A DNA stretch of 64,000 nt from NCBI GenBank assembly GCA_900769875.1, contig CAAGII010000016.1, positions 14,795 through 78,794 of the forward strand. Reading direction: 5' to 3'. The notes under the pieces were generated by a model. It saw only the letters and a program-made list of their open reading frames with translations, searched no databases and was not told where the DNA came from. Shown here piece after piece: positions 7,539-17,997 of this stretch. The translations under genes were made by a program, and so were the position numbers. How positions within the stretch are numbered: position 1 is the stretch's first letter; the number at the start of each line of letters is the position of its first letter. The stretch comes from Clostridia bacterium. Its GTDB lineage: Bacteria; Bacillota; Clostridia; Christensenellales; Aristaeellaceae.

Positions 7539-10457
7539 TCATTCCACTGCCAAACCGAATTCGGTTCTCTTCTTGGTTATCTCTTCGTTGATGGTGCGCG
7601 TGTAATCAAGCAGGTTCTCGCGCGGGTCCGTCTTTTCATTGATGACCTTGCGCACCGCGTTGATCATATGCCACTGGGTGTAGTAGCCGCCGGCGATCTC
7701 GCGGAAGCCAACCGTGTGCTTGCGCTGCTCGCTGAGCACGTCGATCTGCTCCGCGCTCCAGGCCAGCTGGGTGAAGGCATTGATGTTCGCGGTGGCGTAG
7801 CGTGCGGAGGCGCCCAGCACGCTTTCGATCTCACGGCCGAAGCGAACCTGCGATTCAGCGGATACCCACCACTTCATGAACTCCCAGCCGTTCTTCTTGA
7901 TCAGCTCGTTGTCGGTGGAGACCATCATGCAGGTCGCGCCCTGGCTGTGCACCGAGCGATCCACGATGGTGCTATCCTCGCCCTTGCGCACCGTGCCGGG
8001 CACAAGGGTGAAGTCCCACAATCCGCGGATTTCGGGCGCGGACACCATGAGGGTGTTGTAGGTGGAGTAATCCACGATGCCCAGCGGCATCTCGCCCGAA
8101 CGGAAGCGGCTGACAAAGTCGAACACCGTCGGCAGACCATAGTCATTGTAGAGCGCCGTGTAGAACTTGAACGCCGACACGCCGCTCTCGCTGTCAATCA
8201 CCGTGCGGGTCGCCCTGTCGTTGTAGATGGCGCCGCCGTTCTGGTAGATCAGCGTGTAGTAGATGCTCAGGTTCGGCATGGTGTAGTCGGGGTACGGAAT
8301 ACCCACGGACAGGTTATTGCCCTGAATGGTGGGCAGCGCCGCGATCAGATCGTCCCAGGTCTTGGGCACGGAAACGCCCAGCTCGTCAAGCACGTCCTTG
8401 CGGTAGAACAGCACGTTGAAGGTCTGCGTCTCGGGCAGCGCGTACAGCTCGTTCACGCCGTCCTCGTCCAGGTCGAGCGTCATGGCCGCGTAGGCGCTTG
8501 GCAGGAAGTCGCGAAGCACCTCCTCGCAGTCCTCAAACTGGCGAAGATCCTCCGCCGCGCCGCGCAGCGCGTAGTTGACGGGATTCCACGTGTCGGTCGA
8601 CACCACAAGGTCAGGGCCGTTGCCCGCGACCACCGCGCCCAGCAGGGCAGAGGGATCGACCAGCTTCACGTTGACCTTGATGCCGGTTTTGGGCGTAAAG
8701 GTATCGTCGATCATGGTCTTGAGGATGGTGCTCTGGTCGCGGCCGGTCATGATCCACACCTCGAGCACGTCATCCGTGCCGGCGTACACGTCACCCAGCA
8801 TGTCGTAATCCACAAAGAACGAGGCAATGCAGGATTTGAGCTCATGCAGCACGCCGTCCAGGAAGGTTTCGCGCTCGCCCTTGACAGTCGCGTTCTCGCC
8901 GGAGACCACAATGTAGTCGATATCCAGCTTGGTTTCGCTCAGGTTCTGCATGGCGGTACCGAGGGAGGTAATGTTGTCCTTGAAGTTGGTGAAGGAGCGG
9001 GTAATGCGGTCGTTGTTCTCGACAAACTGCTCCAGCTGCACCGCCAGCGTCTGTGCCACGGCGATGCGGTCGCCCTTCTGACCGGTGCATTCCACGGTGC
9101 GGTCAACCAGCTGATAGAGACGCTTGCTCTCCATGTCCATGGCCTCGATCACCTCGGGATACACGCCCGCGATGTTGTAGTCACGGAAGGCGTCGGGATT
9201 CACGCCGGTCAGGATCAGAATCCTGCGGTAAATCTGGTTGAGACGGTAGATGGAGTCCTGCATTTCCTCCAGAATACCGCCCATCTCGCCCAGCGTCGCC
9301 TCCAGGCGGACGGTGTGCTCGCCCCGGGTCAGGTAGAAGCGATAGGGCGTGCCCTTTTCGTCCGAAAGGGTCAGCATATTCCACGCGTTCCTGTAGAGGA
9401 AGGCGATGGACTGCATCTCGTCAAAGGGGATCTCGCCGTCGATGTACAATGTGCGGCAGGACAGACCGCCGCGCTGGTAATTCTGGCGCCCCTTGAGGGT
9501 GATGTTGTAGTAGCCGTCCTCCGGCACGGTGATTTTCCACTCGATCCACTGCCCGGGATTGTTCCACGCGGTGCCGCCAATGTAGTTGAGCAGCGTGCGG
9601 GTCACGTCGTTGGGCACGGTGGCGGCGGAGGAGCGGTCATACTTGGCGTAGAGCGACGGCGAGGAGCGCAGCATCGAATCCTCGCCCTGCACAGTCTGCA
9701 CATAGCTCTTCGCGCTTTCGCTCATGGTCGCCGCGGGCTGCGAGGCGCGATAGGTCTCGTAGCTGTCCAGGCGGCGCACCGGCTTGAGCGTCAGGCTGCC
9801 GATCTCCATGGGCTCGTTGATCGCCTGCAGGGCGATGGTGTTCTCGCCCGCTTCAAAATAGAAGCAGTACGGCTGCACGCTGTAGCCCATGGAGTCACGC
9901 AGGTACGCCGTCTGCCAGTCGAACACCTCCACCTGGGAGGGGCGGATCTGGTTGCCCTGGTTGTCCGTGCGCACCTCGCCGCCGTCCGTCCACAGACGCG
10001 AAAAAAGCAGCGTATCCGCACCTGAGAAGGGCAGCTCGCCGTTAATCAGGAACTTTCGCTCGATATCCACGCCGCGCGAAGCGACCGTGTAGTAGCTCAG
10101 CTCGATCTGATACAGACCGGACTGCGGGATTTGAACCGTCCATTCGGCGGTCGAATGGCTGTCCGTAAACAAAACAGACGTCCCGTCGTCAAGGCTTCGC
10201 ACCTCCACGCCGTCCGCCGTCCTGGCTGACAGTACGTCAACCGCTACGCTCTCCGTAGCCGAGAGCGCGTCCTGATGCGCGGCAAGATACTGGGTATAGG
10301 TGTTCTCACGCCCAAGGCCAGAGACCTCCCTGTCCAGATCGACGCCCGCATATTTGTCATGATAGTTGTCGCTGCCGCCGGAGAGCAGCAGCCACAGGCC
10401 GAATACCAGCACACAGCACACAAAGGTCAGCAGTGTGCGCACCCACCTCTTTTTCAT
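7539..10457 (-). CDS. giant (~970 aa) membrane-anchored extracellular solute-binding protein with two N-terminal CBM-like modules
   Basis: The C-terminal ~400 aa read like an SBP_bac_1/8 domain (LEVWIMTGRDQSTILKTMIDDTFTPKTGIKVNVKLVDPSALL...). The N-terminus has a TM helix and a tandem duplicated beta-sandwich-like module. I chose the start at MKKRWVRTLL (ATG 10457, GGAGG 13 nt upstream). The track ORF extends to 10517. Confidence 0.8.
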   Translation of the reverse strand: MKKRWVRTLLTFVCCVLVFGLWLLLSGGSDNYHDKYAGVDLDREVSGLGRENTYTQYLAAHQDALSATESVAVDVLSARTADGVEVRSLDDGTSVLFTDSHSTAEWTVQIPQSGLYQIELSYYTVASRGVDIERKFLINGELPFSGADTLLFSRLWTDGGEVRTDNQGNQIRPSQVEVFDWQTAYLRDSMGYSVQPYCFYFEAGENTIALQAINEPMEIGSLTLKPVRRLDSYETYRASQPAATMSESAKSYVQTVQGEDSMLRSSPSLYAKYDRSSAATVPNDVTRTLLNYIGGTAWNNPGQWIEWKITVPEDGYYNITLKGRQNYQRGGLSCRTLYIDGEIPFDEMQSIAFLYRNAWNMLTLSDEKGTPYRFYLTRGEHTVRLEATLGEMGGILEEMQDSIYRLNQIYRRILILTGVNPDAFRDYNIAGVYPEVIEAMDMESKRLYQLVDRTVECTGQKGDRIAVAQTLAVQLEQFVENNDRITRSFTNFKDNITSLGTAMQNLSETKLDIDYIVVSGENATVKGERETFLDGVLHELKSCIASFFVDYDMLGDVYAGTDDVLEVWIMTGRDQSTILKTMIDDTFTPKTGIKVNVKLVDPSALLGAVVAGNGPDLVVSTDTWNPVNYALRGAAEDLRQFEDCEEVLRDFLPSAYAAMTLDLDEDGVNELYALPETQTFNVLFYRKDVLDELGVSVPKTWDDLIAALPTIQGNNLSVGIPYPDYTMPNLSIYYTLIYQNGGAIYNDRATRTVIDSESGVSAFKFYTALYNDYGLPTVFDFVSRFRSGEMPLGIVDYSTYNTLMVSAPEIRGLWDFTLVPGTVRKGEDSTIVDRSVHSQGATCMMVSTDNELIKKNGWEFMKWWVSAESQVRFGREIESVLGASARYATANINAFTQLAWSAEQIDVLSEQRKHTVGFREIAGGYYTQWHMINAVRKVINEKTDPRENLLDYTRTINEEITKKRTEFGLAVE

Positions 10458-10646
10458 GTAAGCGGTCATACCTCCTTTGAATGTGGCTGTGAACTTCCCT
10501 GCCGGGCGACTGCCCACTCAAACGTTTTCGATCGAAAGCGCATTGAAAAGCCAGGACCAAGGCAGGCTGATCCATCGAAATGAACACCTTCATTTTGATG
10601 AAACGGAATGTACGCACGCTCATCGCGGACGTATCATCTGTCCATT

Positions 10647-10675
10647 AGTATACCATAGCGTCCATGCGCTGTCAA
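10647..10675 (-). promoter_or_regulatory. sigma-A type promoter for the ABC/glycan-uptake operon
   Basis: The minus strand reads TTGACA (10675-10670), a 17-nt spacer, then TATACT (10652-10647). This predicts a ~180-nt leader before ATG 10457. Confidence 0.6.
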
Positions 10676-10775
10676 TCAAACGAGCAGAATTTATCGTGCA
10701 TTTTATACAGAAAATATTGAGTCTGTCTGTACGAAACGTGACTTTCGTCCGAAATACGGCCGAAAAACGCGATAA

Positions 10776-10801
10776 GGCGGGAACATCCGCATGTTCCCGC
10801 C
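10776..10801 (-). terminator. probable intrinsic terminator after the GH42 gene
   Basis: The hairpin is GGCGGGAACAT-CCGC-ATGTTCCCGCC (11-bp stem). On the minus strand it is followed by TTATCGCGTTTTTCGG, so the U-tract is not immediately adjacent. Confidence 0.45.
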
Positions 10802-10820
10802 CGACAGGCGCACCGCTCCG

Positions 10821-12869
<2,049 letters not shown>

Positions 12870-12916
12870 ATGAACGTCTTCCCCCTGTGCGCGGGATACT
12901 CCGCGCGTTTGCTTCC

Positions 12917-12945
12917 ATTATATAACAGCCCGGGAACCCTGTCAA
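12917..12945 (-). promoter_or_regulatory. consensus sigma-A promoter of the GH42 gene
   Basis: The minus strand reads TTGACA (12945-12940), a 17-nt spacer, then TATAAT (12922-12917). Both hexamers are perfect. Confidence 0.65.
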
Positions 12946-12960
12946 GCGCGTTCCTTCCCC

Positions 12961-12989
12961 TTGTGCTGAGCGACAATCTATGATAGAAT
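12961..12989 (+). promoter_or_regulatory. candidate promoter of the diguanylate cyclase gene
   Basis: TTGTGC, 17 nt, then TAGAAT with a TGn extended -10. An overlapping alternative -10, TACAAT, lies at 12989-12994. Confidence 0.45.
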
Positions 12990-13041
12990 ACAATAAGTTG
13001 GTCACGCAATACATTGGTATATGGGAGGTGGCGGGCAGTTG

Positions 13042-14136
13042 ATGAAGTATCCTTCGACCGGGGCCACCCTGCGCGATACGATTCGTCAGGGCCTGGCGCT
13101 TTTCAAGCCCCGGCCGGAAACGCCGGAGACCATCAACGCAGATATCCAGCTGAAAGTCATCGTGTCGCTGCTGATGGGCGCGGTTTCCTTCATCCTGACG
13201 GTCATGAACATCGTGAGCCGCAACTGGATCATGTGCGCCTCCACCGCGATTCTGGCGCTCTGCTTTCTGTCAAGCGCGGTGCTTTCGGGGCTTTTGAAAA
13301 AGCGGCGCGCCTCAGCCGTCCTGATGGCGATTGCCGTGGGCGTTACCTTTACGCTGTATGCGCTCTCCGGGGAGAACGAGGGCTTCGCCATCCTGTGGAT
13401 CATCCTTGTGCCGCCCATCGCGCTCAACGCGCTGGGACTGCGCATCGGCACCCTCCTCAGTGCCTACTTTCAGGTGTTCCTGTCGCTGGTTTTCTATACG
13501 CCGCTCAGGAGTCATTTCATCGGCAGCTATACGGGAACGTTTCTGGTACGTTTCCCCGTGCTGTACCTCGCTGTGTTTATCGCCGCGCTGCTGCAAGCGC
13601 AGTGCATGGAGTTTTACTACCGCAAAACCCAGAGAATGGCCTACACCGATCTGATGACCGGGCTTGCCAACCGCAGCCAGTTCGTGATGTACTGCGAGGA
13701 GATCGCAGCCAAGCGGAAGATGGACGGACTGCAGGTCATCGCCATTGATATCAACGAGCTGAAGCAGGCAAACGATCATGTCGGGCACGACGCGGGCGAT
13801 GAGCTGATCATCGGCGCGGCGTCCTGCATACGGAGCGCGTTTCAGGGAGCCTACGGTATCTGCCGCACCGGCGGCGACGAATTCATCGTATTCACCTACC
13901 AGCCCTGCGAGCAGGTCAAGGCGCAGATCGCCGCCCTCCGCAAACTGGCCTACGAATGGAAGGGGCTGCGCATCAGTCAGCTGTCGCTTTCCATCGGGCA
14001 CGCAAACCATGAGGATCACCCGTGCCACAACGTGCTGGAGCTGCTGCGCGAGGCGGATCAGTGCATGTACAGGGACAAGGATGCATACTATGACCACTGC
14101 GGCAGGGATCATCACCGCAGATCGACCGATGCATGA
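13042..14136 (+). CDS. membrane-bound diguanylate cyclase (active GGDEF)
   Basis: About 6 N-terminal TM helices precede canonical GGDEF-domain strings: DLMTGLANRSQF, IAIDINELKQANDHVGHDAGDELI and RTGGDEFIV. No RxxD motif lies 5 aa upstream of GGDEF. The start is uncertain (ATG 13042, TTG 13039 or ATG 13021). Confidence 0.85.
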   Translation: MKYPSTGATLRDTIRQGLALFKPRPETPETINADIQLKVIVSLLMGAVSFILTVMNIVSRNWIMCASTAILALCFLSSAVLSGLLKKRRASAVLMAIAVGVTFTLYALSGENEGFAILWIILVPPIALNALGLRIGTLLSAYFQVFLSLVFYTPLRSHFIGSYTGTFLVRFPVLYLAVFIAALLQAQCMEFYYRKTQRMAYTDLMTGLANRSQFVMYCEEIAAKRKMDGLQVIAIDINELKQANDHVGHDAGDELIIGAASCIRSAFQGAYGICRTGGDEFIVFTYQPCEQVKAQIAALRKLAYEWKGLRISQLSLSIGHANHEDHPCHNVLELLREADQCMYRDKDAYYDHCGRDHHRRSTDA

Positions 14137-14142
14137 AAAGCG

Positions 14143-14176
14143 CCTCCGCCATCGTTGAATGGGTGGAGGCTTTCTA
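14143..14176 (+). terminator. possible intrinsic terminator after the cyclase gene
   Basis: GCCTCCGCC pairs with GGTGGAGGC (9 bp, one G-U pair) around an 11-nt loop. TTTCT follows the stem. Confidence 0.4.
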
Positions 14177-14200
14177 CCAAATCAAGGAGTGTGAGCATTG

Positions 14201-15127
14201 ATGAAACGAATGGTTTCCCTGATTCTCTGCGCGGCGCTGCTGCTCTGTGCCGCGCCCGTGCTCGCAACAGGCGCGGAGCCGATCAGCTTTGCCGACCTTG
14301 CGAACATCAGCTTCTTCTTTTCCAGCGGTGTCGGCGCGTGGTACACGGAGCTGCATGTGGATGAGCACGGCGCGTTCACCGGCGTACATCAGGACAGCGA
14401 CATGGGCGACACCGAGGGCGGCTATCCGCTGGGTACCCTGTACCGCTGCAGCTTCCACGGTCAGCTGGCGATCGACCGCGTGGTGGACGAATATACCGTC
14501 GCGCTCAGCCTCGTTTCGCTGGAGGCGGACGAGGACGTGATCGGTATCGAGCAGGAGGAGGGCGTGCGCTACGTTCCGTCCGAGCCGTATGGCCTGACCG
14601 ATACGCAGGAGCTGCTGCTCTACCTGCCGGGCACGCCGCTTGACCATCTGCCGCAGGGCTTCATGGATTGGATGCACAGCGCGCTGTACGGGTACGAGGG
14701 TACGACGCTCCCCTTCTTCGGGCTGTACAACCCGGGCGCGGAGACCGGCTTTGTCGGTGAAGAAATGCAGCAGCCCACGGACGCGGTGATCATCGGCGGT
14801 GCGGACGGGCCGACCTCGATTTTCCTCGCAGGCTCCATCTGGCAGACGGGCGGCGAATGGACGCTCCCTGAAAGCATGCTCATGGAGGGCGTGCCCGCCG
14901 AGGTGTTTGCCGCCGCCACCGCGCAGCTGACCGGGCTGACGCTCCATCCCGCCGCGCTGCTCGCCGTGCGCGACACGGGTGCCGTGGACTACTGCTATCT
15001 GTGCGAGAGGATTGATCCCGCGGCGGATACGCCCAAATCGCTATCGCTCGTCTACGTCCACCAGGCGCTGAACGGAGACACCGCCATCACCGCCATCATG
15101 GACTTTCCATCCGTCGATTTGCAATAA
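14201..15127 (+). CDS. secreted hypothetical protein
   Basis: AAGGAG lies 11 nt upstream of ATG 14201. There is a signal peptide (MKRMVSLILCAALLLCAAPVLA). I recognise no family motif. Confidence 0.6.
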   Translation: MKRMVSLILCAALLLCAAPVLATGAEPISFADLANISFFFSSGVGAWYTELHVDEHGAFTGVHQDSDMGDTEGGYPLGTLYRCSFHGQLAIDRVVDEYTVALSLVSLEADEDVIGIEQEEGVRYVPSEPYGLTDTQELLLYLPGTPLDHLPQGFMDWMHSALYGYEGTTLPFFGLYNPGAETGFVGEEMQQPTDAVIIGGADGPTSIFLAGSIWQTGGEWTLPESMLMEGVPAEVFAAATAQLTGLTLHPAALLAVRDTGAVDYCYLCERIDPAADTPKSLSLVYVHQALNGDTAITAIMDFPSVDLQ

Positions 15128-15148
15128 AAACCGGCGCTTGCACGCCGG
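15126..15148 (-). terminator. intrinsic terminator after the MATE gene (hairpin also abuts the stop of the plus-strand gene)
   Basis: The hairpin is CCGGCG-cttgca-CGCCGG. On the minus strand it is followed directly by TTTTTATT. Confidence 0.55.
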
Positions 15149-15191
15149 CTCCGCAGCCTGTCGCATACCGCGGCGGGCTGTTTTGATGCGC

Positions 15192-16610
15192 TTATTCCTG
15201 AGTGCCCCGAACCACCATGTTGTTGATCCACACGCCGCGCTTGACCAGTATGAAGCCAATCACGCACTTGATGAAATCCAGCGACTGTACGCACAGGTAC
15301 AGCAGCACCACATGCATGGAGGTATGGTTGGCAAGCAGCCATGCGGCAGGCACCGACACAGCCCATGTGAACACACTGTCAAACAGGAAGGTAATCATGG
15401 TCTTGCCGCCTGAGCGCAGGGTAAAGTAGCAGCAGTTGGCAAAGGAACTGAGCCACATCACACAGGCGTTGACCATCAGGAACTGTCCCGCCATGACGCG
15501 CACACTCTCCGCCGTGTTGTAAATATGCGGAATTACGCCCGAGAGGGATGCCAGCATCAGCCCCAGCACAACGCTCGAAAGCACGGATACCAGCATCAGC
15601 CGCCACGCCGTGCTGGTCGCCTCCTCCATCTTGCCCGCGCCGAGCCGCTGTCCCACCATGATGGCTGTCGCATTGCCCAGCGAGAGGAACACCGCGTTGA
15701 ACAGGTTGGCCACCGTGGCGCAGATGTTGAACGCCGCCACCACCTCAAGCCCACGCACGGAATAGCACTGCATCAGCACCGCCATGCCGGAGGACCAGAG
15801 GAACTCGTTGACCAAAAGCGGCATACCGCGCACGATGATATCGTGCAGCAGCTCCGTGGGAATGCGCAGCGAACGGTACGCACCGCGGATAAAGCGGAAG
15901 CGTTCGCTGTTTCTGTGCGTGTAGATGACGAGGATTGCCATTTCCACGCAGCGCGAGAGAACCGTCGCCACCGCAGCGCCGACAACGCCCATCCTCGGGA
16001 AACCGAGCATACCGAAGATCAACAGCCAGTTGAACAGCAGATTGACCGTAAACGCCGCGATGCCTGAAATCATCGGCACCCGCGTTTCGCCCAGCTCGCG
16101 CAACGTGCTGGCGTAAAGCTGCGAGACGGCGAAGGGGATCAGTCCGGGCAGCATCACGCGCAGATATGAGAGCGCGTAGTCCATGGTGACGGCGGCACTC
16201 TCGCCGCTCTGGTCGCCCGTCAGGTACAAATGGATGAGGGGCTTCGCCGCAAAGGTGAACACCGCGCCTGCACAGAGCAGCATCAGGATGCAGATGATGA
16301 TCTTCATTCGGAAGCAGCTGCGTACGCCTTCATCATCCTTCGCGCCGGCATACTGTGTGGCGAAGATGCCCGCACCTGCCAGGCCGCCGAACACGCACAG
16401 GTTGAACACAAACATCAGCTGGTTCACGATCGCAACGGCGGACATCGGCAGTGTGCCCACGCGCCCCACCATCACGTTGTCAAGCAGGCTCACCACATTG
16501 GATACCGTATTCTGAATAATGATCGGCAGCACGATGATCATCATCTGCCGGTAAAACGCCCGGTCGCCAATCACAAGCTGCCGAAGGGTCTTCTTTTGCT
16601 GCATTGCCAT
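15192..16610 (-). CDS. MATE family efflux transporter
   Basis: It has 12 hydrophobic segments and a typical MATE N-terminus (FYRQMMIIVLPIIIQNTVSNVVSLLDNVMVGRVG). I chose the start at MAMQQKK (ATG 16610). Confidence 0.88.
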   Translation of the reverse strand: MAMQQKKTLRQLVIGDRAFYRQMMIIVLPIIIQNTVSNVVSLLDNVMVGRVGTLPMSAVAIVNQLMFVFNLCVFGGLAGAGIFATQYAGAKDDEGVRSCFRMKIIICILMLLCAGAVFTFAAKPLIHLYLTGDQSGESAAVTMDYALSYLRVMLPGLIPFAVSQLYASTLRELGETRVPMISGIAAFTVNLLFNWLLIFGMLGFPRMGVVGAAVATVLSRCVEMAILVIYTHRNSERFRFIRGAYRSLRIPTELLHDIIVRGMPLLVNEFLWSSGMAVLMQCYSVRGLEVVAAFNICATVANLFNAVFLSLGNATAIMVGQRLGAGKMEEATSTAWRLMLVSVLSSVVLGLMLASLSGVIPHIYNTAESVRVMAGQFLMVNACVMWLSSFANCCYFTLRSGGKTMITFLFDSVFTWAVSVPAAWLLANHTSMHVVLLYLCVQSLDFIKCVIGFILVKRGVWINNMVVRGTQE

Positions 16611-16718
16611 ACGCCTTTCTGACCCGTCCGGAGTCAAGGTAGTCTATCTTGTAGTATACCATATCAGCACACGCTTGCATAGCACCCTGCAGATTTTTTC
16701 ATCAAACCATCCGCATGC

Positions 16719-17507
16719 TCAGGAGAGGCCGACGTCCAGCACCATCATCAGCGCAAAGCCGCACAGAAGCGCCAGCGTCATTCCCACGCGATGTCCCTCG
16801 CGCTGGCTTTCGGGAATCAGCTCCAGCACCACCACCAGCATCATCGCGCCTGCCGCGAAGGCGAGCATCACTGGCAGGCACTGCCTGGCAGCGGCTGCAA
16901 GCAGCGCACCCATCAGGCACGCGATCGGCTCCACAATGCCCGACAGCGCGCCGTACAGACACGCCTGAGCGCGCGGCATGCCGTCGCGGTGCAGCGGCAG
17001 GCTGATGGCCGCGCCCTCCGGCACATTCTGCAGACCGATACCCAGCGCGAGCATCCATGCGGCGCGATAGGCGCCCGTGCTGAGCGCTGCGCCAAACGCG
17101 ATGCCGATGACCAGCCCCTCCGGGATATTGTGCAGTGTGATGGAGCTCATCAAAAGCCGCCGTCTGCGCGCCGGGTCATCCCCCCGCATGCATCCCCGGC
17201 GAATCAGGCGCTCCACCGCCGCGTCGCCGCCAAGCAGCGCCAGCGCGCCGCCAAGGAATCCCGTCAGCACAACGAGCCACGGAATCTGTCCGATCATTTG
17301 CGCATAGGCAATGCTGGGCTCAAGCAGCGACCAGAAAGACGACGCCGTCATAATGCCCGCGCCGAGGGCGAGCATCCCGTTGAGCACCACGGGTCTGGGC
17401 TTGCGGAAGCAGAAAACAGCCAGCGCGCCCGCCGATGTGAGCAGCCATGTACACACGGATGCCAGCAGCGCCTGCACCGGCATGGAATATCTCAGAACCT
17501 CCTGCAT
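16719..17507 (-). CDS. ZIP family metal (zinc) transporter
   Basis: The ZIP signature helices LHNIPEGLVIGIAFG and GLQNVPEGAAISLPL are present. I chose ATG 17507, which has GAGGTG 7 nt upstream. The track ORF starts at TTG 17528. Confidence 0.85.
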   Translation of the reverse strand: MQEVLRYSMPVQALLASVCTWLLTSAGALAVFCFRKPRPVVLNGMLALGAGIMTASSFWSLLEPSIAYAQMIGQIPWLVVLTGFLGGALALLGGDAAVERLIRRGCMRGDDPARRRRLLMSSITLHNIPEGLVIGIAFGAALSTGAYRAAWMLALGIGLQNVPEGAAISLPLHRDGMPRAQACLYGALSGIVEPIACLMGALLAAAARQCLPVMLAFAAGAMMLVVVLELIPESQREGHRVGMTLALLCGFALMMVLDVGLS

Positions 17508-17600
17508 GAAGGAACACCTCGCTTTCAAGCGTCAATACAGCCTATGCGCCCAAAATATACCCGTGCAGACCCACACCGGGTCAAATGTGGAAGCAGGGGA

Positions 17601-17629
17601 TTGACAAATAGCTCGCACTGCGATATACT
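17601..17629 (+). promoter_or_regulatory. sigma-A promoter of the PadR/DUF2812 operon
   Basis: TTGACA (17601-17606), a 17-nt spacer, then TATACT (17624-17629). Confidence 0.6.
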
Positions 17630-17645
17630 ATACATCGCAGTGCGA
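17613..17645. promoter_or_regulatory. perfect 12-bp inverted repeat (candidate PadR operator) overlapping the -10 box and the transcription start
   Basis: TCGCACTGCGAT (17613-17624), a 9-nt spacer ATACTATAC, then ATCGCAGTGCGA (17634-17645). The two arms are exact reverse complements. Confidence 0.55.
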
Positions 17646-17670
17646 TATATCGTACTGCTTTGTACGGGAG

Positions 17671-17997
17671 GTGACGAACACGGACGCGCATATTCGCAAG
17701 GTCTATGTGCCCATGACGGAGACCGGCTTCTACATTCTGCTGTGCCTGCAAAAGCCGAACCACGGCTACGGCATCGTGCAAAAGGTCAGGCAGTTGACAG
17801 GCGGCGAAATCGTGCTTGCTCCGGGCACGATGTACGGCAGCCTGTCCAAGATGGAGAAGGACGGCCTGATCACGCTTGTGGCGGAACAGGACAAAAGGCG
17901 GATCTACCAGCTCACCGCGCTTGGCAGCGAGGTACTGCAGCTTGAGCTGAAGCGCGTGGAGCGCCTGTACCGCAACGCAAAGGAGATGGATTCATGA
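17671..17997 (+). CDS. PadR family transcriptional regulator
   Basis: The winged-helix strings GYGIVQKVRQLTGGEIVLAPGTMYGSLSKMEKDGLI are present. The start is uncertain. GTG 17671 overlaps the GGGAGG box, and ATG 17713 is an alternative. Confidence 0.85.
   Translation: MTNTDAHIRKVYVPMTETGFYILLCLQKPNHGYGIVQKVRQLTGGEIVLAPGTMYGSLSKMEKDGLITLVAEQDKRRIYQLTALGSEVLQLELKRVERLYRNAKEMDS

Noticed and set aside
10523-10550. I checked for a cre (CcpA) or LacI-type operator in the operon leader (CGAAAGCGCATTGA and the TTTCGATCGAAA palindrome).
   Set aside because: The candidate deviates from the cre consensus WTGNAANCGNWNNCW at the first T and the penultimate C. The palindrome is centred on AT rather than CG. 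I kept it only as a generic palindrome in the leader finding.
10357-10623. An 88-aa minus-strand ORF starts inside the leader and was considered as a leader peptide.
   Set aside because: There is no Shine-Dalgarno sequence before its ATG. It reads out of frame across the start of the binding-protein gene. Its composition looks non-coding.
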